NCBI RefSeq assembly: GCF_963921235.1
Contig: NC_086119.1
Coordinates: 13,826,001-13,890,000 of the forward strand
Source of the DNA: Mobula hypostoma
Lineage: Eukaryota
DNA: 64,000 bases
Direction of reading: 5' to 3'
Each line of letters begins with the position of its first letter. Position 1 is the first letter of the stretch. Below, one piece after another: positions 51,243 through 63,770 of this stretch. The notes beneath the pieces were generated by a model. The model had not been told where the DNA came from, did no database searches, and saw nothing but the letters and a program-made list of their open reading frames with translations. The translations under genes were made by a program, and so were the position numbers.

Positions 51243-51753
51243 TGTAATGGCCTCCCTAATGTTTCGCTGCTAAGGTACTGGTTTCTCTGTAGCAGCAATG
51301 TTTGGGTTATGACTAGAGATAATGGGGCTTTGGAATGTATGCTATCCAATGAGAGGAGTGCTGTTCTTTCTTGTGGGTCTGGGAGCAGGGATTTCACGGT
51401 CTTTTGCCAGGGAGAGATGAGGCGAGAAGATGCAGATGGAGAGAGTTGGTAGACCGCTGGATGGAGTAGACTTGGAGTTAGAGTCCAAGGGTCAGTTACA
51501 CTCAGAGGAGGTCGATGGGGAACAAATGAACAGAACCATGAGCTCCAACGTTGGGCATTAGACTGTTTCAAGAGAATGAGCCCTTTTTTTTTGTTTCTTT
51601 ACTAACCATATGGTCAAATTAAGAATTATAAAGCTCAATCGTTTAATCACATTATGTACTCTTTGTAATTTTGTGGTACTGAACGGGGACAGTTTGGTCT
51701 GGCCAAGGGCTGTCTTCCCCTAGATTAAGCCGCTAGCCGAACCGGGAGTTACA
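51243..51753 (+). mobile_element. Solo LTR (511 bp)
   Basis: TGTAA...TTACA inverted termini; 4-bp flanks ctag/caag (TSD with one mismatch); internal CCAAT (~51346) and ATTATAAA (~51625); orientation is inferred. Confidence 0.7.
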
Positions 51754-52539
51754 CAAGCGAAACACAGCAAAACCTGGAACTCCAATTTCAATAATGAAGA
51801 AAGAAGCTAGCTCAGGAAATCTGATAGACCTGGCACACAGCAAGGTTCAGGGAATGAATAGATAGCACTTTGTTTTGGTCAGTGGATTTGAGCTTTAAGT
51901 GCTGGCATTGTGCTGTGAAGGGTGAGTGAATGGTCTGGGCTTGTGCTCTCTGACATTTAGAAGGATGCAAGATTACTGCATTGATGCACGTGATTCTGGA
52001 AGGGGCTCTACAATGATAAATACTTAAAGATGTTTTGTGTAGAATTAGAGGACAATTTCTCAGAATAAGTTGTCTCCTTGAGAGATGATAAATTTCTTGT
52101 GTGGTTATGAATCTTTAGAATTCTTCAAATCCCACCAGTCTGAGTACAGTGTATTGAAGACTGAGATAGATTCTTACTCCATAATGGAGTCAATACCAGG
52201 GATCCAATAACAAAATTAAGTTGAAGCCAAAGATCAGAATGGCAGAACAACTTGGGGATCTCTGGCTTGTGCCTGACCCTATCACTTGGGTGCTTTGGGG
52301 TTATTTTAAAGGTGCATAATATAGTCTTGCAAACACATTTTCAAATGGGTGCAAAATGTTGTTTATCATCTTTTAATGATCATTGCTAAAATTTTTCTTA
52401 TTTTCAGTGGTGCAAAGGTTATGAACACCAGTGAACGTGACCAGACCTTGACTCGTTTTTGTCCGGCTCGCACACACCAACCACGGAGGGACGGATTAAA
52501 CCGACTGTGTGCAGAGTCACCATTTATCTTCAGAGAGAG

Positions 52540-52753
52540 ATGTCTGGGGATACCTGCTTAACATCACCTTGTCCTCCCTCTGGAGCGAAACCCAAGGCCA
52601 TCAGCTTTAAAGGAGGAAGCATGGGGAACAAGTACATCAGGTTAAATGTTGGAGGCTCGCTGTACTATACCACTGTTCAGATTTTAACCAGGCACGACAC
52701 CATGCTGAAGGCAATGTTTAGTGGAAGAATGGAAGTACTGACTGACAAAGAAG
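52540..52753 (+). CDS. TNFAIP1: TNFAIP1 (BACURD2, BTB/POZ KCTD family) first coding exon; exon probably starts at 52408
   Basis: [19 protein letters not shown]...[42 protein letters not shown]+G; the MSGDTCL start and synteny distinguish it from KCTD10/13; acceptor ttttcttattttcag at 52407; donor G|gtaaat. Confidence 0.95.
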
Positions 52754-53159
52754 GTAAATGCATTTTTATGGATTGTTTTAGAAGGCTTTTAACTATTGGT
52801 ATTTGTCCAGCACCCTTCACAGTTTTGGGGTATGTCGAAGTGCCTCGATCAATTAAAATACTTTTGATGTGTTATCAAAGGGAAACCAGTCTGTGCAGAA
52901 ATTTCCCACAGACATTGGTCATCACCATGATTGCAGCAGAGGAGAGTGTGGTAATGTATTAAAATGTGAGCGAGGGGTAGAAGGCCTTTTAATCCTTGTT
53001 TTTCTAATATGGTGGATTCTTGGAGGAAAATTGTCTTCCCCAGTGTATGAAATGATGCAAGTGAAAATAATTGGAAATTAATGCAGGAGGTGGTTTTAAA
53101 AACTTTGTGGTTTTTAAATGGAAGTTTAGTGCATGCTATAAGATAAAGCTGCAGTCTGT

Positions 53160-55092
53160 CAATTCCCGTGCGCTTCGGGTCAGGCCAAGTAACGGGGGTG
53201 GCTCCGCTGCCACTTCCAGCTGCCGGGGGCCCGGGCTGTCGATTGGGTCGGGCCCTGAAGTTGACACTTAATCCCGGATGGCCGGGTTCCTTGCTGAAAC
53301 AAGTCCTTAAGCCGAGTCACAGTTGCGGAGGCCTCTGCTCCAGCCGAGCCTCGGGCTCAATTTCCGAGATCGGCGGCGGAGGCCTCACTTCCGGCAGCTG
53401 TGGATGGCCACCAACGGGACTTTACGGTGGTCACTTCGGGGAAGCGTTTGGGGCACCTTGAGGTCTCCGCCGTCACTTCTATGTGGTCATCTGCTCCGGA
53501 GAGGTGCTGGTCGGAATGGGCTGTGTCTCCAAGCGCTCCGGCACGGTAGCAGACCGCGAGTCTCCGGGAACGTGGTGGACCTCGTTGGTCGGGTCCAGGT
53601 GCAGTCCAGAGTTTAATAAGCAGTTCTGGCGCGGTGGTCTCCAGCTGGGTCAGTAGCTTCGCCAGGGTGTTGTTAATCTTGATTTTGCTAGATTGGAGCT
53701 TTAGAAGGGTTTCTCGGGTATAGGATAGTGGACAGGGCAGTTTGCTCGGGACAGCACACGCAAAGTCACTACACGGAATCCAGGCGTGAACTCTGGAAAG
53801 CCATTAAGGGTGCCAGGAGGCAACATCGAGCCAAGTTGGAAGCCCAGGCTAACCAAAAGGATGCCAATAGACTATGGCAGGGTCTAAATGAGATCACTGG
53901 GTGCAAAGAAAAGGCTGGGAATATCAATAACTGTGGCGCTTCTCTTCCTGACGAACTTAATGTATTCTACGCAAGATTCAAACAGAAAAGGAGCGTCCCG
54001 CTCCCTCCGGATGAACCGGACCTGGTGGCATCGAGATTCATCATCACCGAGGAGGACGTTAGAAGGGCCTTCCTGAAGATAAATCCAAGGAAGGCGACAG
54101 ACCCAGATGGCGTCCCAGGACAGGTTCTCCGGGCCTGTGCAAGTGAGCTCGCTGGAGTGTTTACTGACATCTTCAACTGCTCCTTGCTTCAGTCTGAGAT
54201 GCCCTTGTGTTTTAAGAAGGCAATGATAATCCCAGTGCCGAAGAAGAGCAAGGTGGCATGCCTGAATAACTATCAACCTGTGGCTCTGATATCAATTGCT
54301 ATGAAGTGCTTCGAGCGATTGGTTATGGCACACATCAACCACAACCTACCAGTCAACCTTGACACTTTGCAATTTGCCTACTGGAGCAACAGGTCAACAG
54401 CAGGTGCCATCTCTCTGGCCCTACATTCCTCCTTAGAACACCTGGAGAATAAAGACGCATACGTAAGGCTCCTTTTCATTGACTACAGCTCTGCCTTTAA
54501 TACCATCATTCCAAATAAACTGATTCCTAAGCTCCAGAACCTGGGCCTTAGCACTCAGATCTGCAGCTGGATCTTCAACTTCCTCAGACAGGACCCAGGC
54601 TGTAAAAATAGGGGACAAGCTCTCTTCTACAATCATTCTGAGCACCGGTGCCCCACAAGGCTGTGTACTCAGCCCCCTGCTGTACTCACTGTACACCCAT
54701 GATTGTGTAGCCAAGTTTCCATCAAACTCAATATATAAGTTTGCTGATGACACAACAATTGTAGGCCATATATCGGGTAATGATGAGTTTGAGTACAGAG
54801 AGGAAATTAAGAACCTGGTGGCATGGTGCAAAGACAATAACCTATCCCTCAATGTCAGCAAGACAAAGGAATTGGTTGTTGACTTCAGAAGGAGTAGCGG
54901 ACCGCACGACCCCATTTACATCGGTGGTGCGCAAGTGGAACAGGTCAAAAGCTTTAAGTTCCTCGGGGTCAATATCACAAATGACCTGACTTGGTCCAAC
55001 CAAGCAGAGTTCACTGCCAAGAAGGCCCACCAGTGCCTTTACTTCCTGAGAAAACTAAAGAAATTTGGCCTGTCCCCTAAAACCCTCACTAA
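53160..55092 (+). mobile_element. Rex1/Babar-type LINE with apparently inverted 5' segment (53160-~53755)
   Basis: RT motifs FAY.SNRST..AI..ALH..L.HLE, VRLLFIDYSSAFNTI, GAPQG and KFADD with a frameshift near 54590. Confidence 0.88.
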
Positions 55093-56583
55093 TTTTTTTT
55101 TTAATTTTATTTTTATTTGGATAAGGAATTCACAATTATCATGTACTTTTTTCACACATATAACCTTTTCCATTTTTTTATATGTATAAAACTACAATTA
55201 TTTATACATTCTTAAGTACACATTGAGATGATATAAAAGGAAAATAAACATTTAAATAGATAAATATGTACTGTGGTAAATCTAACCTATTAGGCTAAGT
55301 AATGAAATTAGTTGTTAAGAAAAATGGTAATAATAGTTTCCATACAACCCTTCTGGACCATTTCCACTGGTCCAAAATGTTGCATACAAGCCTATATACG
55401 AACCATTGTAGGTGTTTATATCCCAATTTGTTCATGCTTGTTCCTGCCCGCAGACATAATTATCCAATCCCTATGTACTTATTTACTTAATTTTTTCATT
55501 TTTTTTTATCCCTTTCCCAAATCTTTCCCTTTACTTGTGTTAATTCTCTATTTTCCAAAAAAAAACAAACATTTAGACTAGGGGTGTTTACGTTAGCAAT
55601 ATTACTGTGTTGATGAGAAGAGCAATATAAATCATTAGGAGAGTCATCTAAAGTCTGCTCGCATTGGGGTTATATATTCAATTCATTTATTCCAGATTTG
55701 ATAAAATGTTTCTTTTTGAGTTCTCAGGGAGTAAGTCAACTTTTCCATTTTAAATATTTCCAAGATAATTTCGTACCAATCTTCTAATGTAGGTGGTATT
55801 GGATTTAGCCATTTTCTAGTGATTGATTTCTTACTTGCCGCTAAGAGGGCCTGCAGCAACTTTATATCTTCCATCTGTTCAAGGAACAATACATGCCCCA
55901 AATAGAGCGTCTCAAAGTTCAGAGGTATCTGGGACCTAAGTACCTTAACTAATGTTCTATGAATACCTTCCCAAAATAGACTTAATTTAGGGCAATCCCA
56001 GAAAATATGAAAATGATTCGCCTCCTTGGAGCCACACCTTCTCCAACACATCACATTTGTATCTTTATATTTTTCCTGATATGGGGTCTTGAAGTATCTT
56101 ATAATGTTTTTCCAACAATGTTCTCTCCAAGTCAAAGAATTAGTCGAGGACCATTGAAAGCTGCAGATTTTCCCCCAAGCCTCCTCTGAAAGTACCAACC
56201 CCGCTTCTTTCTCCCACTTCTCTTTAATATACAGTGTATTTACATTTTTAGCATGGGAGAGTGCATTATATAGGCGAGAAACTGATTTACTAGGTATTGA
56301 ACTGCAAGCCGAATTCAGAATCTTGAAAAATTCTAATTCTACTTTTGATAGGTCTGTATATCTACAACTCTGGTTAACATAGTTTCGTAATTGAAGGTAC
56401 CTAAAAAAAGTCATTATGTTCTAGGCCATGTTTGTCCTGCAGGATTTGGAAACTTTGTAATACTCTTTTATCTATAAATGAGAGGTAGGTTGTAAGACCT
56501 TTCTTTATCTATAGCTCAAATCTTTTATCTCCTCTGTTGGGAAGGAATTCGGTATCATATGCACACCATCTAAAGAGTTTTAA
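55093..56583 (-). mobile_element. L1/Tx1-type LINE 3' portion
   Basis: ORF 55683-56414 with CWRRCG...HIFWDC zinc knuckle; A-rich tail on minus at 55093-55118. Confidence 0.88.
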
Positions 56584-56589
56584 CACACC

Positions 56590-57215
56590 ACCTGCAAATC
56601 TGCTGGGGTCGTCTATTGTGTCCGGTGCCCCCTATGCAGCCTGTACGTTGGTGAGACCCCTCATAAATTAGGGGACCACTTCATTGAGCACCTCTGTTCT
56701 ATCCGTGGAACTTCCCAGTGGCCAAACATTTTAATTATGATTCCTGTTCCAGCATGTTGGTCCATGGCCACCTCTTCTGCCAAAATGAGGCTACCCTCAA
56801 GGTGGATAAGCAACACTTTATTTTCTGTTTGGGTAGCCTCTGACCTGGTGTCAATTTCTCCTTCCAATAAGCAAATTCATCTCTGCACCGCACCCCCCCC
56901 CCATTCCTTTTTACTATTTCTCACCTGGGTACACCACACCCCCACTTCCCTTTCTTCTATGGTTCACTCTCCTCTCCTGTCAAATTCTTTTTTATCCAGC
57001 CTTTCACCTTTCCCACCCATCTGGCTATCACCTTCCAGCTAGTCTCTTTGCCTAACCACCTCCCCCCCCTCCCCCCCCCCCCCCAGCCACCTTGTTATTC
57101 TGGCATCTTCCCCTTCTCGGTCTTGAAGAAGGGTCTTGGCCTGAAACATCAACCGTTTACTCTTTTCGATAGATGCTACCTGACTTCCTGAGTTTCTCCA
57201 ACGCTTTATGTGTGT
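56590..57215 (+). mobile_element. Old PLE (GIY-YIG remnant plus 3' region)
   Basis: GVVYCVRC..LYVGET remnant; decayed hammerhead at ~57120-57155. Confidence 0.75.
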
Positions 57216-57759
57216 AGCTGTGTCTTATTTTTGCATGGATTGTGAGGTTTAAGGAATAATCATGGGATTATTTGGCACTTAGAGTGAGAAAATAGTTATA
57301 AAGTCATTAAATCATCATACAAAGCTTCTAGACCCATACAATTATGCAAACTTATCAGTTATAATATTACAGTGATCAGTCATTGTTTGCAGTCTATGGA
57401 AACCTGTGCACAGATACATAATGATACAAATTATACGGATTGCTGTGATTGGAGGAATGATAAGGTAGGAACCAATCAAAACAACAGTGCTAAATTGTGA
57501 AATGTATGTGAAGAGCCAAAGGCCATGCCTCACCATGGAAACTGGAAAATAGATGCACCATATCACATTTAGTTGCAGTTTTTGGGTTAAAACTTGAGGA
57601 AGGGAAGGTTTTAAATATCCAGAGGTGAGGTCCTAAGGAGGTTGTTGTCCTGTTCTGGGCCTTAGTCTGACCATTTTTCATCCACTTAATCATAAAGTTG
57701 TATGAAAAAGGAGCCAATCCATTAGTTTTCACGTCACAGCAGTGAAATGCTATCTCATT

Positions 57760-58140
57760 GACCATAAGACAAAGGAGCAGAAGTCGGCCATTCAGCCCAT
57801 CGAGTCTACTCTGCCATTTTACCATGAGCTGATCCATTCTCCCATTAGTCCCACTCCCCTGCCTTCTCTCCATAACTTTTGATGCCCTGGCTACTCAGAT
57901 ACCTATCATTCTCTGCCTTAAATACACCCAATGACTTGGCCTCCACTGCTGCCCGTGGCAACAAATTCCATAGATTCACCACCCTCTGACTAAAAAAATT
58001 TCTTTTCATTTCTGTCCTGAATGGGCGCCCTTCAATCCTTAAGTCATGCCCTCTCGTACAAGACTCCCCCATCATGGGAAACAACTTTGCCACATCCACT
58101 CTGTCCATGCCTTTCAATATTTGAAATGTTTCTATGAGGT
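57760..58140 (-). mobile_element. CR1 3' end
   Basis: DLIETFQILKGMDRVD...TRGHDLR...FSQRVVNLWN. Confidence 0.85.
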
Positions 58141-58698
58141 CTAAGTTCATTTCTATGTTCATTGGTCTGGTGGTATGTACTTATCTTAACTCAAATTAAT
58201 TTAACAAACCTGCCAGTTTAATTCTTTGCTCTTTATGAACATTATCCTAAAGTCTGCTCCATCAAAATTTACCTCTGCTCATGTGATCTGCTTCCATCTT
58301 ACAACCATGCTTATTTGATAAACAGTTGTCCCTCAGTATTCCCTGCGTAGTTTATTTATTTTTATTTTAGAAATAAAGCATACTAACAGGCCTTTCCAGC
58401 CCAACAAGCTCCCACCACCCAATTACACCCTTATGACCTATTAACTTATTAACCCATTTGCTTTTGGATTATGGGAGGAAACCAGAGCACCAGGAGAAAA
58501 TCCACGTGGTCATGGGGGAATGTGCAAATTCTGTACAGAAGGCGGCAGAATTGAACCCAGGTCGCCAGCACTGTAATAATAGCTGCGAGTTAAACACTGA
58601 CAATTAATGTAGCACACTCAAAATGCTGGAGGAACTCAGCAGGTCAGGTGACATCTGTGTAGAGGAATAGAGTCAGATGATGTAGCATATAAGAAATA

Positions 58699-59765
58699 CT
58701 AGACAACAGGGTGACCTATTGGGGCACCCTTTGAGAGAAGGGTAGTGCAGTCTGATGTGACCAGAATGAACATTAAGTTTTCCTGAATGCTATTGGTATC
58801 GCATTGCTTTGGAAACTGAAGTAGAAAACCTCAGTTTATTAAAGAAGAACGACAAGTAGCAAAGCAAATATAGCTGCTGCTCATTTAACGAAGGACACTT
58901 TTGATGGCATTATTTCTGGTTTATCTATCACCCTTGTGCCTCTTGTTGTCATTCTAGAGACAATGCAGTCCTTTCATCCCTCGTCTCTTCATCTCTTCTG
59001 CTGTTTGTTGTTGAGACGTGCATGCCTCTCCTCCTCTGTTCTTCTTTCATTTTTTTTTGTCCTGACTGTTTGATCCTGGAGTCGTGCGGCCCTGGCCTCA
59101 TCCAATTCTTGTTCTCTCCCTCTCCTTGCCGCTTCCCGACAACATTTGGCATCATCTCTTGACCATAACATCTCCCTTCCCTCCACGTGGCATAATTAGG
59201 CTGACCATTTTTTTACCCTAATGCTGGATAGAAGATACGAAGCAGTAACACCAAAGGATGCTGATTATTCTCGATGATGTGGTTGGCACTCTCCTCAATG
59301 GACGTGATATAGTCACCGCTGTCCTTTGACTGCAGCAAAGGGTTTTATGGGTGTCTCGAAGTACGTCATTACAATAAGATTTAATTATCTCTTATTGATG
59401 GGTGGCAGTTATATCTGTCCCAATCCTGCACATGCTGATGGTGATTAACAGAATTGTGACCCCTTGAAATAGAGCTGCCCTGTTCTTTTGCTCCAGTAGG
59501 GGTCGCTGCTGAGACTGGCCATGCGCATGCGTTGGGCTGTCGCGTCCCGATTTCCATGATGGCCGATCGGGTCTTGGGTTAAAAGGGAGCCTGTTTATTT
59601 TGGTGAATGAGCAATTTTATACGAATATATAACCCTGAACTTTGCCTGCATTCTGTAGGAGAGCGCATTTTAATTCGATTTAGCCAAAAAAAGTGCTGCT
59701 GTAATGCACCATTTGTGCTAATTGGAGGTCACAAACAGAGCATGAGAGTTTTAGTAGTATATAGA
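58699..59765 (-). mobile_element. Non-autonomous Helitron (1067 bp)
   Basis: Minus strand starts A|TCTATATACTACTAAAACTCTC and ends with a GC hairpin (58709-58729) plus CTAG|T; A^T insertion, no TSD; internal E..E.R.ARL repeats. Confidence 0.85.
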
Positions 59766-59769
59766 TGCC

Positions 59770-60970
59770 TGCCATCACAACAGGTTAACAGCAGGTGTTA
59801 CTTCATTGGCTGTTCCCTCAACCCTGCAATATCTGGACAGCCAAGTTGCAAACATCAGGATGTTCTTCATTGACTACAGCTTGCCATTCAATCCCCTCGA
59901 ATCTAATCAATAAGCTTTCAATACCTTGGTCTCCCTACCTCCTGGTACAACTGAATCCTCGATTCCTCACTTGAAGACCCCAGTCAGTTCGAATTGGTAG
60001 CGACATTCCTCCTGTCTATATCAGCACAGATGTACCATAAGGCTGTGTACTTAGCAATCTGCTGACTCACTTTATACTTATGGCCATGAGACTAAGTACA
60101 GCTCCAATGCCATGTTTTAAGTTTGACAGCACTGTTGGCTGAATCAAACATGGTGACAAATCAACATGTAGGAGAGAAATTGAAAATCTGGCTAGTGCCA
60201 CAACAACAACCTCTCAATGTCAGCAAAACTGAGGAGCTGATGGATGTCAGGAGGAAACTGGAGGTCAATGAGTCAGTCCTCATCAAGGGCATCAGAAGTG
60301 GAGAGGGTTAGCAACTTGATATTCCTCACTTATCATTTGAGGGTCTGTCCTAGGTCCAGCACGAACTGCCATTACAAAGAAAGTACGTCAGCACCTCCAC
60401 ATAAGAGCTTGCGAAGATTCAGCATGTCATCTAAAACTTTGACACACTTCTGTAGATGTGTGGTGGAGAGTATACTGACTGGTTACATCACGGCCTGGTA
60501 TGGAATCACCAAGGCCCTTGAATGGAAAAACCTATAAAAATTAGTGGATATGGCTCAGTCAATCTCGGGTAAAAGAACCCTCCCCACCAGTGATCGCATC
60601 TGCACTGAGTGTTATCGTAGGAAAGCAGCATCCATCTTCAAGGTCCCCCACCATCCAGACCATACTCTCTTCTCACTGCTGCCATCAGAAATAAGGTACA
60701 GGCACTTCAGGACCTGTACCATCATGTTCAAGAACAGTTTTCACCCCTCAACAATCAGGTTCTTGAGCCAGAGGAGGTAACTTCACTTGCCACTCTGACC
60801 TATTCCCACAACCTATGGAATCAATTTCAAGGACTCATCTCATTAACTTTGTTTATTTACTCTCTTTCTGTATATGCATAATTTCTCTTTTGCATATTGG
60901 TTGTTTGTCCCGTTGAGTGCAGTTTTTCATTGATTCTATTGTGTTTCTTGCATTTGCTGTGAATGCCCGC
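59770..60970 (+). mobile_element. Old Rex1/Babar-type LINE fragment
   Basis: Decayed copy of the 54450-55090 RT region continuing to the 3' tail (LNVSKT.EL, CVVESILTGYITAWYG, HPDHTLFSLLPS). Confidence 0.78.
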
Positions 60971-61491
60971 GAGGAAAGATACTCAACAATAGGAGATGTC
61001 AGAGGTAAATTTGTTAGTGGTGAATACATGGAATGCCTTGTCAGGGATGGTGGTAGAGGCAGATACATTAGGGACATTAAAGAGACTCTTACACAGGTAC
61101 ATGGCAATAGGAAAATGGAGGGGTATGTAGGAGGAAAGGGTTAGATTGATCTTGGAATATGTTTAAAAGGTCAGCACAACATCATGGGCAAAGGGCCTGT
61201 ACTTTACTGTAGTGTTTTATGAAGTGCAGATAAGGGGTATAAAGAAATATTGGGAAATCTCACCAAGCAAGCAATTGTGCAAAACCTAGCAGGCTGTACA
61301 TAGATTTTAATAGCTTGAGTAGCTTTTTGTCAGCAGTGTTAAGTTTGCATTTAAATAATACAGGTGGTGGACCCTTGCTTTCAGGTGTATAAAAGAAAAT
61401 TAGGATTTAAATTATTCTTGAATAATGCTCCTTTAATTTGTAATTTTTTTTCTTATATGTAAATATCTTTAAAATATCTTTTTCCCCACAG

Positions 61492-61661
61492 GATGGATTC
61501 TTATTGATCGTTGTGGGAAACATTTTGGCACTGTCTTGAACTACCTGAGGGATGACTCAATTATCCTTCCAAAGAGTAGGCGGGAAATAAAGGAACTATT
61601 AGCAGAAGCCAAATATTACCTTATTCAAGGCCTAGTGGATGTCTGTCAGACAGCTTTACAG
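61492..61661 (+). CDS. TNFAIP1: TNFAIP1 second coding exon (gene continues beyond the window)
   Basis: Not in the ORF track: acceptor tttttccccacag; (G)[56 protein letters not shown]; donor CAG|gtaatt. Confidence 0.96.
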
Positions 61662-62763
61662 GTAATTTTAAAAATGCTTGGTTTTAACTTTTAAATACTC
61701 AATATAATTTGTTTATTGTGAAGATGTAAAAATATTTTTGCATGTCCTGATAGTAAACATGTTGTGAAACTTCAACTCGTCTGTTTAAGCACCAAATCCC
61801 AGATGAAAGCAATGTTATGATGTCATGTTCAATGAAGCTTCCAATGTTTTCACAATGACAGACCACACCCTTAAATTCACTGTAGTATGACTGCTACATA
61901 ATTGAGCATTTTGTTTGCTGTGTATTTGTCATCTTCAAACCTCAAATACAATGACTAATGATGCGGATTGTGGAACATGGTTCTGCCTCTTTTCACATAA
62001 GATTTTCAGCTAATGAAAAGTGAATGAAGGATTTCAGTTGAAGTTGCAATCAACTTGAGGTCCAAGCAAAATAATATTAAGCCATTGTGAAATCCATTTG
62101 CTTTGTTATAAGTTGCTGCATTGATTTTTTTTGCAAAACTAAACTACATCCATTTCAGAGGATAGCAACAACATGCAAGGTAAAAATTTTTTAACACATT
62201 GAGTTCCTGGAATGTAGTCCTTGGTGGGCCAAAGGTCCTGTTTGTGTGTGTGTGGTTTTTTAACGTAAAATACCAGGCAAGCTAATACCAGATTCCATCT
62301 ATGGCAGATAGGAAAATTTAAATTTGGTTTCATTAAGTAAACTTAGCCTTTTAAGCAGCATTCGGGGAAGGAATCTGTCGCCATTTTCTCACATCTAGTC
62401 AGTATGTGACTCTTGATTCTTAGCTACCTTCTGAAGCAGCCTAATGAACCATTCAAACTAAGAGCAGTTAGGAAGTGGGCAGTAAATGTTGGCCTTGAAT
62501 GATGCCCACATCCTGTGAATTAATTTCTTGGAATAAAGCCCATCGCAGGACATAACTATTGTAAAAGATAAGAGAAAGGAGAAAGCAAATCAAGCAGTGT
62601 CTATAATTGTATTTTACTATGACCTTACAAATATGTAGATGGTCACCGAGACTGATACCTATGAGATTAAGTACTCTATAAATTCTCCTTTTAAACATAG
62701 AAAAACATCATATTTACTGGAATCTCAATCACTTACTGTTATGAAACCGAAGAGTTGAAGTCC

Positions 62764-63770
62764 AAGCAACACACAAAATGCCGGAGGAATTCAGCAGACC
62801 AGGCAGCGTCTATCGGAAAGAGTACAGTCAGTGTTTCGGGTCCGTTGCCCTTCATCAAGACTGGAGGGGTTTAAAAAAATAAGGTGTCGGAGTAAGAAGG
62901 TGGAGGGAAAGGAGGAAGAAACAAGGTGATAGGTGAAACTGGGGGGTGGGGAGAGTGGTAAAATAATGAGCTGGGAGATTGGTGAAAGATAGAGGGCTGG
63001 AGAAGGGGTAATCTAATAGAGGACAGAAGGCCATGAAAGAGAAAAGGGGGAGGAGCACCAGAGGGAAGTGATGGGCAGGCAAGGAGATAAGGTGAGAGAG
63101 GAAAAAGGGGATTGGGAGGGGTGGGTACATTACCAGAAGTTCGAGAAATCGATGTTCATGCCATCAGGTTAGAGGCTACTCAGAATATAAGGTGTTGCTT
63201 CTCCAACCTGAGTGTGGTCTCATCGCGACAGGAGAGGAGGCCATGGACTGACATGATAGAATGGGAAGTGGAATTAACATGGGTCACCACTGGGAGATCC
63301 TGCTTTTAATTCCCCTTTCCAATTCCCATTCCAACATGATGGCATGAACATCAATTTCTCGAACTTCTGGTAATGCGCCCTTTCCCCTTTCCCATTCCCC
63401 ATTCTCATTTCCCCCTCTCACCTTATTTCCTTACCTGCCCATCATCTCCCTCTGGTGTTCCTCTCCCTTTGTTCCATGACCTTCTGTCCTCCTATCAGAT
63501 TTCCCCCTTTTCTAGCCTTGTATCTCTTTCACCAATCAACTTCCCAACTCCTTGCTTCACCACTCCTTCCCCCAGTTTCACCTATCACCTTGTGTTTCTT
63601 CCTCCCCTCCCTTCACCTTTATGCTCTGACCTCATTTTTTTCCTCCAGTCCTGATGAAGGGTCTCGGCCTGAAACGTCGACTGTGCTCTTTTCCGTAGAT
63701 GATGCCTGGCCTGCAGAGTTCCGACAACATTTTGTGTATGTTGCTTGGATTTCCAGCATCTGTAGATCTT
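62764..63770. mobile_element. Older fold-back PLE insertion in a TNFAIP1 intron
   Basis: Minus arm ~62764-63308, plus arm to 63770; 12-bp TSD gagttgaagtcc (62752-62763 / 63771-63782). Confidence 0.85.
63646..63683 (+). ncRNA. Minimal hammerhead ribozyme (sense to TNFAIP1)
   Basis: CAGTC-CTGATGA-AGG..CCT-GAAA-CGTC-GACTG with a 5-bp helix I. Confidence 0.75.

Noticed and set aside
52459-52962. 167-aa single-exon ORF as the TNFAIP1 product
   Set aside because: Homology starts at ATG 52540 and ends at the donor after 52753; the remainder is intron read-through.
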